Source of the DNA: Sinorhizobium meliloti
GTDB taxonomy: Bacteria; Pseudomonadota; Alphaproteobacteria; Rhizobiales; Rhizobiaceae
Direction: 5' to 3'
Assembly (NCBI RefSeq): GCF_017876815.1
Contig: NZ_JAGIOS010000002.1
Span: forward strand, 210,001 to 242,000
DNA: 32,000 nucleotides
Position numbers and translations under genes: made by a program
Shown here: positions 27,725-32,000 of the stretch, in pieces
How positions within the stretch are numbered: the stretch's first letter is position 1
Layout of the letters: each line of letters starts with the position of its first letter
The notes under the pieces: model-generated
Seen by the model: only the letters and a program-made list of their open reading frames with translations
The model's database searches: none
Told to the model about the DNA's origin: nothing

Positions 27725-28816
27725 ATGAAAATTGCGCAGATCGCACCCCTTGCAGAACGCGTCCCGCCGAAGCTTTACGGAGGCACGGAGCGAATCGTCC
27801 ATTGCCTTACCGAAGAACTCGTAAGACTGGGCCATGACGTGACCCTTTTTGCCAGCGGCGATTCGCTTACAAGTGCCGAGCTGGTGCCCTGTTGCGACGT
27901 CGCGCTCAGGCTCAATCCGAGAGTGCAAGATTTCCTTCCCCATCACATCGCGATGCTGGAAGAGGTCCGCCGCCGCGCGCCTCAATTCGACGTTCTGCAT
28001 TTCCATATCGAATTCCTGCATTTCCCCCTGATCAGAGATTTCGCCGACAGGACGGTGACGACACTTCATACACGCCTCGATCTGCCCGATCTGCAGCCTT
28101 TCTATCTGGCCTTCCCGGATATCCCCCTGGTTTCGATATCGCAGCATCAGCGAGTGCCGATGCCTCCGGTCAACTGGAGGGGCACTGTGCTGCATGGACT
28201 GGACCCGACGGTCTTGCCGCTGCGGGAAGGACGATCTGACGAGTATCTGGCATTCCTCGGGCGCATTGCACCGGAGAAGGGTCCCGACCGCGCGATCGAA
28301 ATCGCCGCACGGTCCGGCATGCCTCTGAAGATCGCTGCGAAGATCGACGCCCAGGACCGCGCTTATTGGGAAGCAGTCGTCGAACCTCTCATCGCAAGCC
28401 ATTCCAATGTCGAATACATCGGCGAGATAGACGAAGGCCAGAAGGCGGACTTCCTCGGCAATGCCGCAGCGCTCCTTTTTCCGATAAACTGGCCGGAACC
28501 TTTCGGCCTCGTGATGATCGAGGCGATGGCCTGCGGCACTCCGGTGCTTGCCTTCCGCTATGGCTCGGCGCCGGAGGTGATCGACGACGGCGTGTCGGGG
28601 ATCTTGGTCGACACGGTCGAGCAAGCAGTCAAAAGCCTCGGACGCGTGCTGGAACTCGACAGGCGCAAGGTTCGCGAGAGCTTCGAGAGACGGTTCACTA
28701 CCGAACGGATGACACGCGATTATCTCGACATTTACCAGAACCTTCCGGGTGTCCTGAGGCAGACCGCCTCCACGCCGCAAGGCGAGGCAAAGAAAGTCGG
28801 CCTCGAGGCGGCATGA
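27725..28816 (+). CDS. Glycosyltransferase family 4 (GT-B fold)
   Basis: MKIAQIAPLAERVPPKLYGGTERIVHCLTEELVRLGHDVTLFA, and the C-terminal EPFGLVMIEAMACGTPVLAFRYGSAPEVIDDGVSG (E-x7-E region). AGGAG SD. Confidence 0.85.
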   Translation: MKIAQIAPLAERVPPKLYGGTERIVHCLTEELVRLGHDVTLFASGDSLTSAELVPCCDVALRLNPRVQDFLPHHIAMLEEVRRRAPQFDVLHFHIEFLHFPLIRDFADRTVTTLHTRLDLPDLQPFYLAFPDIPLVSISQHQRVPMPPVNWRGTVLHGLDPTVLPLREGRSDEYLAFLGRIAPEKGPDRAIEIAARSGMPLKIAAKIDAQDRAYWEAVVEPLIASHSNVEYIGEIDEGQKADFLGNAAALLFPINWPEPFGLVMIEAMACGTPVLAFRYGSAPEVIDDGVSGILVDTVEQAVKSLGRVLELDRRKVRESFERRFTTERMTRDYLDIYQNLPGVLRQTASTPQGEAKKVGLEAA

Positions 28817-28868
28817 GGAACGTATCGGAAGACGGATAAGATTGTTCTGCTGCGCCTTCGACGGACCA

Positions 28869-28901
28869 CGCCTGACGCGAACAATCCGATCGCGTCAGGC
28901 G
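28869..28901 (+). terminator. Perfect 12-bp stem, 9-nt loop hairpin after the glycosyltransferase gene
   Basis: cgcctgacgcga-acaatccga-tcgcgtcaggcg is followed by TTAT, 53 nt after the stop at 28816. Confidence 0.55.
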
Positions 28902-29028
28902 TTATCGATTCACGAAGGCTCGCCCCACCGATGTTGTTCGCTCAGGCGGCCGGCGCGACAGGAAGGACGCTCCATCGATCGGTACTCTCGCCGATGCGCT
29001 CGTCGCCGGGGCTGCCCGGCAGCCGTCT

Positions 29029-29544
29029 TTGTCGCTGGGCGAATTGCTGCTCCTGATTGGCGATCGAAGTTTCGGCGCCGTTCTGGTCCTGGCGGCGGGC
29101 GCGAACCTCTCACCGGCCGGGGTGATTCCGGCAGCGTCCACGCTGCTCGCAGCGGTCGTCGTTTTCGTTTCGCTGCAAATCGTCGCCGGCCAGCGGCATA
29201 TCTGGATGCCGCGGTTTCTGCGCCGGAAGACCCTGTCTCGGCGGCTTGTCGAAGGGACGGGCAGGACGATGAAAAAGTGGTCTCGCTGGCTGGATCCATG
29301 GCTGACGCGCGGACTGCGCCCTTTGACTCAGCGGCCCTTCGACCGGCTCGCCGGCTTGATTTGCATCCTCCTGGCCGTACCCGTTCCCCTTCTCGAATTC
29401 GTCCCCTTTCTAACGAATGTTCCTATGACCATTGTTGCCATATTCGGGCTGGGACTGTTGGTCAGAAACGGGTTCCTCATGGCGCTCGGCTTTGCTGCAA
29501 GTCTCGCCGTCGCCTATTTGGCCTACCAGCTTCTGACGTCGTGA
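29029..29544 (+). CDS. exoD: ExoD-family exopolysaccharide synthesis membrane protein (5' end uncertain)
   Basis: LGELLLLIGDRSFGAVLVLAAGANLSP...LQIVAGQRHIWMPRFLRRKTL... matches the ExoD family layout. The only in-frame start is the TTG at 29029, but family-like sequence continues upstream (see findings). Confidence 0.7.
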   Translation: MSLGELLLLIGDRSFGAVLVLAAGANLSPAGVIPAASTLLAAVVVFVSLQIVAGQRHIWMPRFLRRKTLSRRLVEGTGRTMKKWSRWLDPWLTRGLRPLTQRPFDRLAGLICILLAVPVPLLEFVPFLTNVPMTIVAIFGLGLLVRNGFLMALGFAASLAVAYLAYQLLTS

Positions 29545-29711
29545 GACCGGTGGCTTAGTCATTGGTGTCAAACCGGATTTTTCTTCCGGGCCGGAAGAAC
29601 CCGGAGCAAGATCAAAGTCGCAATCTACCGGGAACGTCCAAGAGCCCGGAGCGTTTTCGAATATGTGGCAGCCGGCTGGCGTCCCGAAATCTCAAGACCT
29701 GGAGTACAGCC

Positions 29712-29924
29712 ATGGAACTGACGAACGCACGTAAACTTGCGACCGAGTACCTGCGCCTCGGCGGCCATCGCCGAGTGGTGATCGACGATAACCAGACCTC
29801 GATCAGGAATTGGGAGAACGAGCCCAAGGAGGCGGAGGACTTCTGGAAGAGCAACATCGAGACGCTGTCGCCGCAGATGCAGCGCGAAGTGGAACTCCTC
29901 CTTCCGACGATCAATCGTGCCTGA
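29712..29924 (+). CDS. Small hypothetical protein (70 aa)
   Basis: ATG at 29712 lies 7 nt after GGAG. The third-codon position is strongly G/C-biased, like neighbouring genes. It ends 39 nt before the amidohydrolase gene. I recognise no motif. Confidence 0.5.
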   Translation: MELTNARKLATEYLRLGGHRRVVIDDNQTSIRNWENEPKEAEDFWKSNIETLSPQMQREVELLLPTINRA

Positions 29925-29963
29925 GGCGCTTGGAACCGAAATCGCGATCCGGAATTGTAATCC

Positions 29964-30821
29964 ATGAACGCGTCTGCGGAAGCGATGGACATGAACCGTG
30001 TCTCAGAACTGTTGGCGGATCTGACGCCACCCGCCACATCCGCCTGGTGGACCCAGCACCGCGGCGATACACCCGTCGTCGCGACCGCCATTCACGACGG
30101 CCATGCCACTCGCGCCGCGGTGCGGCGCATGTTCGCGATTTCCGAAGAAGAACGCCTGCGGGAGGAGGACCCCTTCACCGAGTTCCTGATCCGCGACTTC
30201 GCCAACCGGATCATCGTCCATCGCTCGCGGTTCGAAGTCGACGTCAACCGTCCCCGCGGCGGCGCAGTCTACCTGCGGCCGGAACAGGCCTGGGGTCTCC
30301 AAGTATGGGCGGAAGAACCGCCGCAGGCCGTCGTCGATGCATCCCTTTCCGTGCACGACGAGTATTATGAGATGCTGGCATCGTTCCTTGCCGGTATCGA
30401 ACGCTGCCACGGATGCTTCGTCGTCCTCGACGTTCACAGCTACAATCATCGCCGTGCCGGGCCTGAAGCGGAGCCGACGCTTTCGACCGACGCGCCGGAC
30501 ATCAACATCGGCACCATCTCGATGGAACGCAGAAAATGGGCGCATGTGGTCGACAGCTTCATGGCGGCGCTTCGCTCCTTCGATTTTCCAGGCGGACCAC
30601 TGGACGTGCGCGAAAACATCGCCTTCCAGGGGCGGGGCGAGCAGACGCGCTTCATCCATGAGCATTTCCCCGACACGGGCTGCGCCATTGCCGTCGAATT
30701 CAAGAAAGTCTTCATGGAGGAATGGACGGGCGAGCCGCGCCCCGAGGTGCTCGTAGCGCTCAGAAGATTGCTCGCCTCGACCCTGCCGGCACTTATCGAC
30801 GCTTTGGGGCGAGGTCGATGA
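29964..30821 (+). CDS. N-formylglutamate amidohydrolase (FGase, PF05013-like) family protein
   Basis: 285 aa. The segments HDGH, EEDPFT, RSRFEVDVNRPR, VVLDVHSYNH and INIGT follow the FGase/zinc-hydrolase family pattern as I remember it. Confidence 0.7.
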   Translation: MNASAEAMDMNRVSELLADLTPPATSAWWTQHRGDTPVVATAIHDGHATRAAVRRMFAISEEERLREEDPFTEFLIRDFANRIIVHRSRFEVDVNRPRGGAVYLRPEQAWGLQVWAEEPPQAVVDASLSVHDEYYEMLASFLAGIERCHGCFVVLDVHSYNHRRAGPEAEPTLSTDAPDINIGTISMERRKWAHVVDSFMAALRSFDFPGGPLDVRENIAFQGRGEQTRFIHEHFPDTGCAIAVEFKKVFMEEWTGEPRPEVLVALRRLLASTLPALIDALGRGR

Positions 30822-32000
30822 AGCTTGCGCGCGCACCCATCCAACTCGAGGCCGATCCACCCGACTGGCTTGCGGATGCGTTGGCCGCAATCGAGGCAGG
30901 CAGAGCTGTCCGCAAGGAGTTCGAAGGCGGCGGACGCCTCCACATTGACCGGGCCCTGCCCTTTCTCTGCGTGCATTTTACCCGCAGCGACGAGGCACCT
31001 GTTGCGCGCGAAGTGGTCCGCGCGAACGCCTCTCACCTGCTCGCACCAGGCGCTGCCACGGCGAAACCTATCGTCGCCGCCGTCGGAAAACTGCTCGAGC
31101 GTCGATTCGGCGCCTTCATGGTGCTCGAAATGGACGAACTCGCCCAGGATGAGCTCCTGACCGACAATGCTCCTTTGCTGCCGCCCTTCAAGGTCGAAGT
31201 GATGGCCGGCGCCGAGGGAAATATCCGAGCCGCAGCAATGGCATTCGTCGACGCCGTCGAAGCGATCCCCGCGAAGTTCCGAACGCCGCGGGTCGAGCTC
31301 CATGAATGGCCGCAGGAATCCACACTAGAGGGAGAGACGCTCGATCTGCCATTCCCTTCAATGCGGGTTCGTTTCGCACCCGTCTACCGGCAGCACAATT
31401 CCGGCCGGATCTTCCCGGAAGTGCGCGAGCGGCTGATCGCGAGCATCTTCGATGCCACCCTGCACGCCTTCGCTGCCTTCGCGCGATCGACGCGCAGCCT
31501 CGAATTCCCGACCCATCGCGCGCTCGGCAGAAAGGCATTCATCGATGCCGTGGAGCGCACCGACCGCAGCATCGACGACGTCGCCTCCAGCTTCGATTTT
31601 CTTCTCGCCGTTACGCCGATAAATGCGGAAGCCGCCTGGAGCGAATTCGCGGCAAGCGATTTCGCGCGCGCGCCGCGTTTCCTCTATCGGCCTTTGATCA
31701 TCGAGATCGAAGCCGCAAAGAAGACGCTGTTCTCGATCCCCTTCGATCACCTCGAAGACCCGGTGCTCTACCAACTCTACCGTGAAAAGCAGCAGGAAGT
31801 CGATCTGCAGCTGACGATGCTCTCCGCCCGTGAAACGAGGAAGTTCATCGAGTTCGGCCGTGCACTGTACGGTCCCGTCGAGCCGAACCTCCTCAGCGCA
31901 GCCGAAGAGATCCTCGCCCGCAGCCAGAAGGTCGCCGCGGACCCGCAAGCACCCGCCGAACGCCGTGCCGACAGCCATTTCGTCGAAATGCGGGCGGGCG
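30818..32000 (+). CDS. DUF1704/MATCAP-type (QEGLA motif protein; Tyr/Phe carboxypeptidase domain) protein, 5' partial, continues beyond the window
   Basis: It is not in the ORF track because it has no stop. The frame from the ATG at 30818 (ATGA overlap with the upstream stop) is open for 394 codons to the window end. The segment FLLAVTPINAEAAWSEFAASDFARAPRFLYRPL...DPVLYQLYREKQQEVDLQLTMLSARETRKFIEFGRALYG matches the N-terminal half of DUF1704 as I remember it. The HExxxH/QEGLA part would lie downstream. Confidence 0.6.
   Translation, partial: MKLARAPIQLEADPPDWLADALAAIEAGRAVRKEFEGGGRLHIDRALPFLCVHFTRSDEAPVAREVVRANASHLLAPGAATAKPIVAAVGKLLERRFGAFMVLEMDELAQDELLTDNAPLLPPFKVEVMAGAEGNIRAAAMAFVDAVEAIPAKFRTPRVELHEWPQESTLEGETLDLPFPSMRVRFAPVYRQHNSGRIFPEVRERLIASIFDATLHAFAAFARSTRSLEFPTHRALGRKAFIDAVERTDRSIDDVASSFDFLLAVTPINAEAAWSEFAASDFARAPRFLYRPLIIEIEAAKKTLFSIPFDHLEDPVLYQLYREKQQEVDLQLTMLSARETRKFIEFGRALYGPVEPNLLSAAEEILARSQKVAADPQAPAERRADSHFVEMRAG

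Noticed and set aside
29590-29604. Palindrome cttccgg-g-ccggaag downstream of exoD, considered as a terminator.
   Set aside because: The 1-nt centre cannot form a stable loop, and the T-run precedes rather than follows it. At best it is a weak hairpin.

Overview
High-GC, gene-dense window whose protein families (groESL, an ActP/CueR copper module, ExoD, a stachydrine/betaine-type demethylase, RIME-like intergenic palindromes) suggest a Rhizobiaceae (Sinorhizobium/Ensifer-like) replicon; the taxon is inferred from memory, not searched. I support about 30 protein genes. They are: a KefB/C-type K+ efflux antiporter; a Tat-exported PaoABC-like periplasmic molybdo-flavo-FeS aldehyde oxidoreductase operon behind an AraC regulator; a three-gene envelope or metal stress module (CpxP/Spy-like protein, OmpR/CpxR-like regulator, HAMP histidine kinase); a stand-alone DEDDh exonuclease; a DUF899 thioredoxin-like protein; groES-groEL with a CIRCE-like dyad; a Usg-like protein; an onium-compound cluster (DMSP-lyase-like cupin, StcD/DgcA-like demethylase, TetR, orphan betaine-type binding protein); an L,D-transpeptidase; a decayed histidine kinase fragment in a 1.2 kb gene-poor zone; an ArsR-MFS pair; a copper island (small secreted repeat protein, CopZ-like chaperone, ActP/CopA P1B-ATPase, CueR/HmrR); a YqaA/DedA-like membrane protein; a GT4 glycosyltransferase; ExoD; and a small ORF plus an N-formylglutamate-amidohydrolase-family gene coupled to a DUF1704/MATCAP (QEGLA-type) gene that runs off the 3' end and is missing from the ORF track. 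I saw no rRNA, tRNA, CRISPR array or intact mobile element. The items most worth follow-up are: the Cpx-like module with an exact GTAAA-N5-GTAAA box; the amidohydrolase/MATCAP-like module; the DMSP-lyase-like/demethylase/TetR/SBP cluster with twin ATGTACAT palindromes; a second degenerate MerR-type promoter in the copper island; and two families of intergenic palindromic repeats. I found no clear-cut novel system. All functional calls rest on motif recognition by eye and need database confirmation.
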